64,000 bases of DNA. Origin: an uncultured Aliarcobacter sp. GTDB taxonomy: Bacteria > Campylobacterota > Campylobacteria > Campylobacterales > Arcobacteraceae. A program made the position numbers and the translations under genes. Location: assembly GCA_963664305.2 (NCBI GenBank), contig CAXXLV010000001.1, positions 640,001 through 704,000 of the forward strand. Reading direction: 5' to 3'. This document shows positions 14,802 to 24,001 of the stretch, one piece after another; the first letter of the stretch is position 1, and each line of letters starts with the position of its first letter. The notes beneath the pieces were generated by a model, which was not told the origin of the DNA, made no database searches, and saw only the letters and a list, made by a program, of their open reading frames with translations.

Positions 14802-15877
14802 TGCTTTTTTTTAATCTTTCAGCATTTTATTTTTTTTATTTTGCTGCTGTTGGAGTTTATATAATATTTTTACCAAAGGTACTTCATGATATTGGATATA
14901 GTACTTTTGATATAGGTATTATTTTTGCCCTTGCACCTTTAATGAGATTTATTACTCCTTTTTTGTTTTTAAAACATATTAAACTTGATCAAAAGATGTT
15001 TAAATCAGCTCTTTATATTTCAGTATTTTCATCTGCATGTTTTTATTTAACTATTGAAAACTTTTTCCTTTTTATGATAAATAATGCTATTTTGGCAGCT
15101 TGTTTATCTTTGATTTTACCTTACCTTGAAGTTACTGCAATTTCTACATTAGGAAAAGAGAAATATGGAAAATCAAGACTTTATGGCTCAATAGGGTTTA
15201 TGATAATCTCTTTAGTTTTAGCAAAATTCTTAACTCAACCATTTATTGCTATTCATTACTATTTAGTTTTAAATATTTTAACAGTGACTTTTGCCCTTTT
15301 ACTTTTAAAATATGATGTACAAAAAGTTGAGAGTGAAAACAAAGAACCTTTTTCTTTTTTAAAATATTGGCCACTTTGGATTAGTCTATTTTTCATGCAA
15401 ATGAGTTTTGGAGGTTTTTATAACTTCTTTACTATTTATGAAACTGAACATAATATATCACTTGAAATGACCTCTTATTTATGGTCATTTGGAGTAATTT
15501 GTGAAATTCTAATGTTATATTTCCAAGCACCTTTACTAAAAAACAATCTATTAAATCTAATAAAGATTTGTGTAGGAATTACTATAATTAGATGGTTTTT
15601 ATTATATTTATATCCTGATTCATTAACAATTACATTTTTCACTCAATCACTTCATGCCTTTTCATTTGGACTTTATCACAGTACAGTAATTATTTATTTA
15701 TATACACTTTATGAAAATAAAAAATTAGCTCAACAATTTATGTATGGTGTTGCATATGGCTTAGGTGGATTCCTTGGTGCATTTGTTGCAGGTGCAGTTT
15801 ATGGAGAATTTTTATTTTTATATAGTGCATTATTTGCTCTTTTATCATTTATTTCACTATATTTCATAAAAAAATAG
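14801..15877 (+). CDS. MFS transporter (HcaT-like)
   Basis: Multiple TM segments; YGKSRLYGSIGF, QSLHAFSFG. Confidence 0.85.
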   Translation: MLFFNLSAFYFFYFAAVGVYIIFLPKVLHDIGYSTFDIGIIFALAPLMRFITPFLFLKHIKLDQKMFKSALYISVFSSACFYLTIENFFLFMINNAILAACLSLILPYLEVTAISTLGKEKYGKSRLYGSIGFMIISLVLAKFLTQPFIAIHYYLVLNILTVTFALLLLKYDVQKVESENKEPFSFLKYWPLWISLFFMQMSFGGFYNFFTIYETEHNISLEMTSYLWSFGVICEILMLYFQAPLLKNNLLNLIKICVGITIIRWFLLYLYPDSLTITFFTQSLHAFSFGLYHSTVIIYLYTLYENKKLAQQFMYGVAYGLGGFLGAFVAGAVYGEFLFLYSALFALLSFISLYFIKK

Positions 15878-15905
15878 TAAAATTCCATTTTCTAAAAGGA
15901 TTATA

Positions 15906-17708
15906 ATGAGAATAGTATTTTTGATTTTATTTTTAATTTCAAATATTTTTGCAATAGCAATAGATAAAAACTGGTACGAAGGTACAAATGAAAATTTAGA
16001 TAAGTTGTATCAAGAACAAATAAAAAAAGCAGATTCATTAAAAGCCAATGCTTCACAAGAAGAAAAAGAACAGTTAGACTATCAACTTCTTCTACTAAAA
16101 AAGCTTTCAAACTTCATAAAACAAGATAATCAATTTACTCTAAAAGAAGTAACTCAAATTGAAGATTTAGATGATTATATAAAAAAGATCAAAGAGTATT
16201 TAAAAATCGAATCAGATTTTATCAATAAAAAAAGTGAATATGATGAAACAACAAAAAAGATAGAGATACTTGAAGAACAAATTAGTAAAGCGACAGAAAA
16301 AGATAGTTATCCAACAATAAATTCTCAATTACTTTATGCATTTTATATTTTAAAAAATAGACAAAATAAATTGATATTTGATGAATATATAAAATATCAA
16401 AACAATTTCAAGAAAAAATTATTAGATAGTTTGGATATTGTAAAGATTTCAACAAATGAAGATTTACCAACAAAATTGGCAAAACTTGAAAATAACTATG
16501 AACAAATTTTAAAAGATGAAAAAAGATTGTTACTTGCTTTAGATAAAGCACAAATTAGTGAAAACCAATATAAAATCACTTCTTTAGGAAATGATATCAC
16601 TCAATTAAAAAATGAAAAATCAAAAGTTATTGAAAATATAATCTATACAAAAATTGAAGAATTATTACCTTCTTTAAAAAATAAAAAATCTTTATATTTT
16701 GATTTTAGTAAAAGTTTACAAGAGTTTATTCAATCTAGTAATGAAGATTATAGCTCTTTAATTGAACTATTAAAATATTTATCAAGAGAACATCTTGGAG
16801 TTACAAAAACAACTTTTGCTGATACAAAAGAGAGTCTGTTTGATATAATAAAATACACTTGGCAAGAGATAAATAATCCAATTATTCCAATTGGTGATGG
16901 TATTTCTATTTTTGCAATTACAAAATTTTTACTTATTTTTATACTTGGATTTTCAGTTGCAACTTTTTATAGAAAAAAAATCACAAATGGAACAGTTCAT
17001 TATCTAAAAAATACAACTATTGCAACAAGAACTATGCTTGCAAATCTTGGATACTATTTTTTAGTTGCGATAACTTTTGTTTTTGGTCTAAAATCCGTTG
17101 GTATTGACTTATCTTCTCTTACAATTCTTGTTGGAGCTTTATCCGTTGGTATCGGGTTTGGTTTACAAAATATTGTTTCAAACTTTATCTCAGGAATCAT
17201 TCTAATTTTTGAAAAATCAATTCAAGTAGGACATATTATAGAAATAGGAACTGGACTTAGAGGGAAAGTTACTCAAATAAATATGAGAAGTAGTGTTATT
17301 ACTACTTTTGATAATATTGATATTATTATTCCAAATTCTACTCTTATTCAAAATAACGTGATAAATCTAACTTTTTCAGATGATATAAGAAGATTAAATG
17401 TTCCATTTGGTGTAGCTTATGGTTCAGATATTGATGTTGTTATAAAAACAATTCTTGATTCTTTAAAAAATAGTAATCTAATTTATTTAAGAAATCTTCC
17501 TGAAAAAATTGCAAAAGTAAGAATGACAGGAATGAATGCTAGCTCAATTGATTTTGAATTACTTGTTTGGATTAGTGAAAATCCAGATGAAAATGGAGTT
17601 GGTTCATCTAATATGTCAGATTTTTTAATATTTATCTATAAAACTTTACAAGAGAATAATATAGAAATTCCATTTCCTCAAATGGATGTACATTTAAAAA
17701 GAAGTTAA
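15906..17708 (+). CDS. MscS-family mechanosensitive channel with a long periplasmic coiled-coil N-terminus
   Basis: GALSVGIGFGLQNIVSNFISG, IIIPNS, IEIPFPQMDV. Confidence 0.92.
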   Translation: MRIVFLILFLISNIFAIAIDKNWYEGTNENLDKLYQEQIKKADSLKANASQEEKEQLDYQLLLLKKLSNFIKQDNQFTLKEVTQIEDLDDYIKKIKEYLKIESDFINKKSEYDETTKKIEILEEQISKATEKDSYPTINSQLLYAFYILKNRQNKLIFDEYIKYQNNFKKKLLDSLDIVKISTNEDLPTKLAKLENNYEQILKDEKRLLLALDKAQISENQYKITSLGNDITQLKNEKSKVIENIIYTKIEELLPSLKNKKSLYFDFSKSLQEFIQSSNEDYSSLIELLKYLSREHLGVTKTTFADTKESLFDIIKYTWQEINNPIIPIGDGISIFAITKFLLIFILGFSVATFYRKKITNGTVHYLKNTTIATRTMLANLGYYFLVAITFVFGLKSVGIDLSSLTILVGALSVGIGFGLQNIVSNFISGIILIFEKSIQVGHIIEIGTGLRGKVTQINMRSSVITTFDNIDIIIPNSTLIQNNVINLTFSDDIRRLNVPFGVAYGSDIDVVIKTILDSLKNSNLIYLRNLPEKIAKVRMTGMNASSIDFELLVWISENPDENGVGSSNMSDFLIFIYKTLQENNIEIPFPQMDVHLKRS

Positions 17709-18676
17709 ATCCATTTCTTCTTTTTAAATATTATAAATTGTATAGTCACAACCATCACTAATAAAATAGAAAATACTAAAAAAGCATTTTCATCATGAGC
17801 TCCTGGAATTCCACCAATATTAATTCCTAAAAGACCAGTCAAAAATGTAAGTGGTAAAAAGATTGCAGAAATAATAGATAACACATACATTTTTCTATTC
17901 ATTTGTTCACTCATACTATTTGCTAACTCTTCTTGAATAAGTATAACTTTATCTCTAATAGTATCAAGTTCTTCAATATGTCTCATTAATTGGTCATTTG
18001 TTTCACGTAATTCTATTCTTTGATATTCATCTATCCAAGATATTTTTTCATTATAAAGTTTTATTAGTGCCTCTTTTTGAGGAGTTAAATATCTTTTTAG
18101 AACAATTGTTTCTCTTCTTATTGATAAAATCTCACTTCTACATTCTGTATTTGTAGAATCTATTAGATTTTCTTCTAAAAAATCTGTTCTATCTTGAATT
18201 TCATCAATAACATTGTCCATTCTATCAGTAACTCTAAGTGTTAATTGAACTAAAAATTCAGAAGAACTCTTTGGACCAATACCATTTTTTAAATCTTCTA
18301 TAATTTCACTAACAGATAAAAGATTTCTTTTTCTTGTACTTATTATCATATATGGAGAAATGTATAATCGAATAGATATCATATCTTCAGGTTTTGAATT
18401 TGGATTTAAATTCACGCCCCTCAAAGCAATAAGTAAAGCTTCACCTAAAACTGTAGTTCTTGGTCTTGTCTCTTCTGTCAATAAAGCATCAATAGCAACT
18501 GAATCAATATTACTTTTATTTGTAATCCACTCTATTGCTTCTTTACTTGAATAATCAAAATGTACCCATAAAATTTTATCTGTTCTGTCAATTCCATCTA
18601 ACTCTTCATAAGTTAATTCTAAAGCTGAACCTTTTTTATCAAGTAAAAATGCTTTAACTGGATGATTTGATTGCAT
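17705..18676 (-). CDS. ZntB/CorA-family divalent cation transporter
   Basis: EETRPR, LRGVNLNP, FLPLTFLTGLLGINIGGIP (GIN motif typical of ZntB). Confidence 0.9.
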   Translation of the reverse strand: MQSNHPVKAFLLDKKGSALELTYEELDGIDRTDKILWVHFDYSSKEAIEWITNKSNIDSVAIDALLTEETRPRTTVLGEALLIALRGVNLNPNSKPEDMISIRLYISPYMIISTRKRNLLSVSEIIEDLKNGIGPKSSSEFLVQLTLRVTDRMDNVIDEIQDRTDFLEENLIDSTNTECRSEILSIRRETIVLKRYLTPQKEALIKLYNEKISWIDEYQRIELRETNDQLMRHIEELDTIRDKVILIQEELANSMSEQMNRKMYVLSIISAIFLPLTFLTGLLGINIGGIPGAHDENAFLVFSILLVMVVTIQFIIFKKKKWI

Positions 18677-18685
18677 TTCTATCCT

Positions 18686-19423
18686 TTAAATTATTGAATA
18701 AACTATTTCTGTTTTTATTTTTTGTTTTTTAATCTCTTCAATTTTTAGATTTTCTATTTGCATACTCATTAATTCATCAATTGATGAAATAGAATTCTTA
18801 GCTAAAAGTTTTAAAATAATTCCTCTATATGCTTTTGCCCAATGACTTACAACTTTTCCATCTTTTATAAACTTCATTGTTATATAAGGCTTTTCTATTT
18901 TGTAGAATTTTTCATAAAATCCTGCTCTTAAATCAATAATATCTTCATTTTCTAAATATTCATCTATAACTTTTGAGAAATTATCCATATAAAACTTTTC
19001 TATTTTTAAGTTATTAAATGTTTCACCTTGTTTTAATTTGTAATCAGGAATTAAATCACCTGATTTAATTACCCCAAAGATATTTGAAAAAATAAGTACA
19101 TTTTCATCAATATACTCTTTTTCATTCTCTTTTAAATTATTATATTCTAGATAATCGTAAGCAACACCCTCATATCTTTGTATTGCTTTCATTGTTGGTG
19201 AAGTAAAAATATCTTTTTTATATTGATTTATAACATCTTCTTTTTTTGTTCCAAAGATTTTTGATAACTCATCTTTTGAAGCATTTTTAACAAATTCATT
19301 GTATTGAGTTACTATTTCCATTCTTTTTTCAAATAATTCTGGAAATATAAAACTATTTTTATCAAATGATTTTTCAATACCTCCAGAGTTTTTTGTTTCA
19401 CTTGGTGAAAAAAGTATTTTCAT
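18686..19423 (-). CDS. yaaA: YaaA (UPF0246) peroxide-stress protein
   Basis: MKILFSPSETK, RYEGVAY, SHWAKAYRG; start moved to ATG 19423. Confidence 0.85.
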   Translation of the reverse strand: MKILFSPSETKNSGGIEKSFDKNSFIFPELFEKRMEIVTQYNEFVKNASKDELSKIFGTKKEDVINQYKKDIFTSPTMKAIQRYEGVAYDYLEYNNLKENEKEYIDENVLIFSNIFGVIKSGDLIPDYKLKQGETFNNLKIEKFYMDNFSKVIDEYLENEDIIDLRAGFYEKFYKIEKPYITMKFIKDGKVVSHWAKAYRGIILKLLAKNSISSIDELMSMQIENLKIEEIKKQKIKTEIVYSII

Positions 19424-19431
19424 CTTTATCC

Positions 19432-19848
19432 TTAATCTAAAAATTTTCCATCTACATAAAACCACATCCCATCAACTTTTAGGAATCTGCTTTTTTCAGT
19501 AAATGTAATATCTTCTTCATTTTGAAACATTGTTGCTTTAAATGTAACAAAACTTTCAACTTCCCCATCAATAAATTCTAAAATATCTAACTTCTCAAAT
19601 CTTGTATTTTTGCTAAATTGTAGAATATCTCTTGTCCAAGATTTTAAATCTTTGGAAAAGTCTGGATTATCTTGATGAGTTGTAAAAATTATATAATTAC
19701 TATTTGATACAGTAAATGCACTATATCTTGATTTCATTAGTTCTAATGCTGTTTTAGGAAGAGTAATTTTATCGTGAAATGGTTTGCAACATTTTTTATA
19801 TTTTTTTGAACTTCCACAAGGACAAGTTTCATTCACAGAAAATTTCAA
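19432..19848 (-). CDS. YchJ family protein (SEC-C motif)
   Basis: CPCGSSKKYKKCC, LMKSRYSAF, EKSRF…WFYVDG. Confidence 0.92.
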   Translation of the reverse strand: MKFSVNETCPCGSSKKYKKCCKPFHDKITLPKTALELMKSRYSAFTVSNSNYIIFTTHQDNPDFSKDLKSWTRDILQFSKNTRFEKLDILEFIDGEVESFVTFKATMFQNEEDITFTEKSRFLKVDGMWFYVDGKFLD

Positions 19849-19924
19849 AATTTACCTTTATAAAATTTTTGCTGATTCTATCATAATTGAAGTAAAAACT
19901 AAAGCGGTAAAATTCCGCTCTAGT

Positions 19925-20227
19925 TTAATTTTTTGAAGCTTTAGTTGAAGCTTTATCGTCAACTTTTTTTGTTATTTTATCTTTTTTCTCATCTATTTTA
20001 TTTTCTGCTTTAACATTTGAAACTATACTTTCTCCAAAACCCTTTATATTCTTCAAATCTTCAGGTGAACTAATTTTATTAGTTTTTCTATATTCAATTA
20101 TTTGCTCTGCCTTTTTTTCACCTATTCCTTTTATAGTCATAAGTTCTTCTTTACTAGCTGTTTGCAAATTAATTGCTCCAAATAAAACACTACAACATAA
20201 CAATAACAAGGTCAAAACTAATTTCAT
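19925..20227 (-). CDS. ComEA-family helix-hairpin-helix DNA-binding protein
   Basis: Signal peptide; INLQTAS…IKGIGEKKAEQIIEYR…IKGFG. Confidence 0.9.
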   Translation of the reverse strand: MKLVLTLLLLCCSVLFGAINLQTASKEELMTIKGIGEKKAEQIIEYRKTNKISSPEDLKNIKGFGESIVSNVKAENKIDEKKDKITKKVDDKASTKASKN

Positions 20228-20358
20228 CTAACAACTCCTTTAAAATAATTTAAATTATTATAATTAAAGATAATTTATAAAATTATTAAATGAATTATTT
20301 ATTAAATTTATTCTTATAGTTTTTTATGCTAATCTATAAATAAAATTAAAGGTTATTA

Positions 20359-20748
20359 ATGTTTCAACTTCCACTAGAAATTCTATCAAACTTAGCTTCT
20401 ATAGTTTTAGTTATTGTTCTTGTTGTCTCTTATTTAAAACAGAAAAAAAGAATTGAAGTAATCAAAAAACTTGATTCTTTAAAAACTGAAAATAGTTTAA
20501 CTCAAGAAGATATCAATTATATAAATGAAAATATTGAAGAATTCAAAATAAAAAGTGAAAAAGCAGAAAGTCTAACAAAGATTTTAAATCCAATTTTTAT
20601 TTTAGCAGTTGGTATTTTATTTTTATATCTTCCAGTTTCTGATGCTATGATTCATCTAAATGTAATTATTGTAGCTATTATCTATATTCAACTTGATAAA
20701 ATCAATAAAAGAAATACCTTATCACTATTAAAAGAGTTAAAAAAATAA
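20359..20748 (+). CDS. Hypothetical membrane protein
   Basis: 129 aa ORF with about 3 hydrophobic segments. Confidence 0.65.
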   Translation: MFQLPLEILSNLASIVLVIVLVVSYLKQKKRIEVIKKLDSLKTENSLTQEDINYINENIEEFKIKSEKAESLTKILNPIFILAVGILFLYLPVSDAMIHLNVIIVAIIYIQLDKINKRNTLSLLKELKK

Positions 20749-20758
20749 ATTAACTCTT

Positions 20759-21406
20759 TTATTCTGTTATATAATCTCTTAATCTTTCATAATCTAGGAT
20801 TTTGATATATCCTTTATCATTTTGAAGTATCTTCTCTTTTTTTAATTTTGCTAGTTTTCTAGAAAATGTTTCAGGAGTGATATTTAACAATTGAGCGATT
20901 TTAACCTGTTTTAGATTTATTAATATTGATTCATTATCATATAAAAATTTTGCAATTTTTTCTAAACTATTTGAACTTATATTGTAATTTATAAAACTCT
21001 CTAAAGCCTTTATCTTTCTTGTTAAAGATTTGATAAAAAACATTGAAATCTCTGGTTTTAATAAAAATTCATTTTTAAATTTTTCATAATCAATCAACAA
21101 TACTTCAGCATTTGTTTCAAATGTACAGTTTGCTGGAAACCTCAAATCTTCATAATTTACAATTTCTGCTATTAAAGAAGGTGCCATTAGATTGTGAATT
21201 ACTACTTCATTATCTTTATGGTCATATGTATAAAGTTTTGCAATTCCTTTCAATAATAAGTGAAGATATTTTGGTTCATCTCCTTTATAAAATAATATTT
21301 CATCTTTATTAAAATATTTTTTGATAGAAATTTCTTTTAATCTTAATTTTTCTTCATCTTTTAGAAAATTAAAAAAATAAAAATCATCTATTGTATTATT
21401 TGCCAT
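20759..21406 (-). CDS. Crp/Fnr-family regulator (DNR/NssR/HcpR-like, no FNR Cys cluster)
   Basis: cNMP-binding barrel (LFYKGDE…GIAKLY, FPANC) and HTH IAQLLNITPETFSRKL. Confidence 0.9.
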   Translation of the reverse strand: MANNTIDDFYFFNFLKDEEKLRLKEISIKKYFNKDEILFYKGDEPKYLHLLLKGIAKLYTYDHKDNEVVIHNLMAPSLIAEIVNYEDLRFPANCTFETNAEVLLIDYEKFKNEFLLKPEISMFFIKSLTRKIKALESFINYNISSNSLEKIAKFLYDNESILINLKQVKIAQLLNITPETFSRKLAKLKKEKILQNDKGYIKILDYERLRDYITE

Positions 21407-21421
21407 ATTTACTCTTTTTTA

Positions 21422-21435
21422 TTGACTACTGTCAA
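21422..21435. promoter_or_regulatory. Crp/Fnr-type palindrome between divergent genes
   Basis: TTGAC-TACT-GTCAA. Confidence 0.7.
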
Positions 21436-21517
21436 GGTTTAATTTCGTATTTTATGCAAAAATTTCAAAAAAGTAAATTAAATAAGATAAAACTTATCCT
21501 AATTAAAAAGAAATATT

Positions 21518-21865
21518 ATGAAAATAGAAAAGTTTGAAATTGAAATAAATACCCTAAAAAAGTTTTATGAATTTTATTGTAAAGATAAACACTCTCATCA
21601 AAAAAATTTTAATGTAAATTTGAACTATAAAAATAGAGGTTTTAATATTGATTTATTTTTATGTGAAGAGTGTTTTGAAGCTATAAATTATTCATTTGAT
21701 AGACTTAAAAACTGTCCTCATGAAATAAAACCTAGATGTAGAAAATGTCCAAATCCATGTTATGAAAAAGAGAGATGGAAAAATATTGCAAAAATCATGA
21801 AATACTCTTCAATAAAACTAAGTCTTGGAAAAATTAAATCAAGAGTTTTGAAAATATTTAATTAA
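21518..21865 (+). CDS. YgbA-like ('nitrous oxide-stimulated promoter' family) Cys-rich protein
   Basis: YCKDKH…LCEEC…RLKNCP…KPRCRKCPNPCY…IMKYS. Confidence 0.82.
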   Translation: MKIEKFEIEINTLKKFYEFYCKDKHSHQKNFNVNLNYKNRGFNIDLFLCEECFEAINYSFDRLKNCPHEIKPRCRKCPNPCYEKERWKNIAKIMKYSSIKLSLGKIKSRVLKIFN

Positions 21866-22513
21866 TTACCAATTTATTTCGTCTTTTTTCAAACTTTTTA
21901 GAATTTCATTTGTTTTTGAAAAATGCTTACAACCAAAAAAACCTCTATAAGAAGACAAAGGACTTGGATGTGCAGATGTTAAAATATGATGTTTTTTTTC
22001 ATTGATTAATTTAGATTTTGAAAAAGCTGGACTTCCCCAAAGAATAAAAATCACATTCTCTTTATTATCACTAATAAATTTGATTATGTTATCTGTAAAG
22101 ATTTCCCACCCTAACTTATGATGTGATTTTGCTTTAGCTTCTTCTACTGTTAAAATTGTATTTAATAGTAAAACTCCTTGTTGTGCCCAAGGTGTTAAAT
22201 CGCCATCTTCACAAATAGATTTTTTACCTAAATCATCATTTATCTCTTTTAAGATATTTACCATTGAAGGAGGATTTTTGATATTACTTGGAGTTGAAAA
22301 TGCTAAACCTTGTGCTTGTCCTAAACCATGATAAGGATCTTGTCCTAAAATTACTACTTTTAAATCATCAAATTTTGTAAGAGAAAAAGCTTTATAGATA
22401 TTCTCTTTTTCTGGAAAAACTGTTGTTGTTTCGTATCTTTTATCTATTTCACTCTTTAATTCTTTGTAATATGGTTTATCTTTTTCTAAAGCGATTACAT
22501 CTTCCCAAGTCAT
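21866..22513 (-). CDS. ung: Uracil-DNA glycosylase
   Basis: VVILGQDPYH, GVLLLN, HPSPLS. Confidence 0.97.
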   Translation of the reverse strand: MTWEDVIALEKDKPYYKELKSEIDKRYETTTVFPEKENIYKAFSLTKFDDLKVVILGQDPYHGLGQAQGLAFSTPSNIKNPPSMVNILKEINDDLGKKSICEDGDLTPWAQQGVLLLNTILTVEEAKAKSHHKLGWEIFTDNIIKFISDNKENVIFILWGSPAFSKSKLINEKKHHILTSAHPSPLSSYRGFFGCKHFSKTNEILKSLKKDEINW

Positions 22514-22540
22514 ACTTATTTTCCTATATTTTTTAAATAA

Positions 22541-22570
22541 AAAAAGCTAAGGCTTTAACACCTTAGCTTT
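22541..22570 (-). terminator. Terminator after the ThDP enzyme/ALDH operon
   Basis: AAAGCTAAGG-loop-CCTTAGCTTT with an A run on the + side. Confidence 0.75.
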
Positions 22571-22591
22571 GAAAAAATCAAAATTTACTTA

Positions 22592-23983
22592 TTATAAAAC
22601 TGGTGATTTGATAACCATCATTTTTTGATTTTGCATTTCTCTCATAGAATCAGGAATTCCACCTAATCCTAAACCTGAAGTTTTAGCTCCTCCAAATGGC
22701 ATCCAGTCAACTCTGAATGCTGTATGGTCATTAACCATAACTGCAGTTGCATTTAATCTTTTTACTGCTTTTAAAGCTGTGTCAAGATTTTTTGTAAATA
22801 CTGCTGCTTGGAAAGAAACTTCTAATTGGTTAGCTCTTTTAATAGCTTCATCTAATGTTTTATATGAATATACAACTACAACTGGTCCAAAAATTTCTTT
22901 TTGAGAAATAATTGCATCATCAGATGGATTTACAATAACAGTTGGTTCAAAACAAGAATCACCTATTCTTTTTCCACCAGTTAAAATTTTTCCACCTTTA
23001 GCAACTGCATCATTAACCCACTCTTCAACTCTATTTACTTCGTTGTGATTAATTAATGGTCCAACTTCAGTTTTTGGATCTAATTGATCTCCAACTACTA
23101 ATTTTGAAGCTTTTTCTGCAATTTTTGAAGCTACAACATCAGCAATTGATTCATGTACAAAAATTCTTTGAACAGAAACACAAACTTGACCAGCGTGATA
23201 GAATCCACCTTTTACAAGATCTGGAATCATAGCTTCAATATCTGCATCTGGCTCAACAATTACAGGTGCCACTCCACCATGTTCTAATGCACTTCTAGTT
23301 CCTGCACTTGCTTTTGAGTTTAGGTACCAACCAACAGGTCCTGAACCAATAAATGTAAAGAACGCAGTTTTTGGACTTGTAACTAAAAGTTCTCCACCTT
23401 GTCTATCACAAACAACAGCTTGTGCCCAACCTTCAGGAAGTCCTGCTTCTTTTAATAATTCAATAAGTCTTAAAGCACTCATTGGAGTTTGAGTTGCAGG
23501 TCTGATAATTACTGGACATCCAACAGCAATTGCAGGAATTACTTGGTGAATTGCTAAGTTAAACGGGTGATTAAATGCAGAAATTGCTGCAACTACACCA
23601 ATTGGTTCTTTCATTGTATAAGCCATTCTATTTGCAGAGCTTAAAGTATGACCCATAGCGATTTCATGACCTTCTTGTAATCCAATTTGCTCAATAGCAA
23701 TTTTTACACCATTAATAGCTCTTTGAATTTCAACTTTAGAGTCAATATAAGGCTTCCCACCTTCACTTGCACAAAGAATTGTTAATTCTTCAACTTGAGA
23801 AGACATAATCTTCATCAAGTTTTCTAAAATTTCAATTCTTTTGTATTTTGGAATCCAATTATCAACATCTAAGAATTTTTCATATGCAGTGTCGATAGCT
23901 TGTTGTACTCCCTCAACTGTTGTAAATGGAACTGATCCTACAACTCTTCCGTCAAATGGTGATGTTACTTCTATTGTACTCAT
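22592..23983 (-). CDS. NAD(P)-dependent aldehyde dehydrogenase
   Basis: AFNHP, FIGS, LEHGG, AGQVCVS (catalytic Cys), EIFGPV, PFGG. Confidence 0.93.
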   Translation of the reverse strand: MSTIEVTSPFDGRVVGSVPFTTVEGVQQAIDTAYEKFLDVDNWIPKYKRIEILENLMKIMSSQVEELTILCASEGGKPYIDSKVEIQRAINGVKIAIEQIGLQEGHEIAMGHTLSSANRMAYTMKEPIGVVAAISAFNHPFNLAIHQVIPAIAVGCPVIIRPATQTPMSALRLIELLKEAGLPEGWAQAVVCDRQGGELLVTSPKTAFFTFIGSGPVGWYLNSKASAGTRSALEHGGVAPVIVEPDADIEAMIPDLVKGGFYHAGQVCVSVQRIFVHESIADVVASKIAEKASKLVVGDQLDPKTEVGPLINHNEVNRVEEWVNDAVAKGGKILTGGKRIGDSCFEPTVIVNPSDDAIISQKEIFGPVVVVYSYKTLDEAIKRANQLEVSFQAAVFTKNLDTALKAVKRLNATAVMVNDHTAFRVDWMPFGGAKTSGLGLGGIPDSMREMQNQKMMVIKSPVL

Positions 23984-24001
23984 AATTTACCTTTCAAATT
24001 T

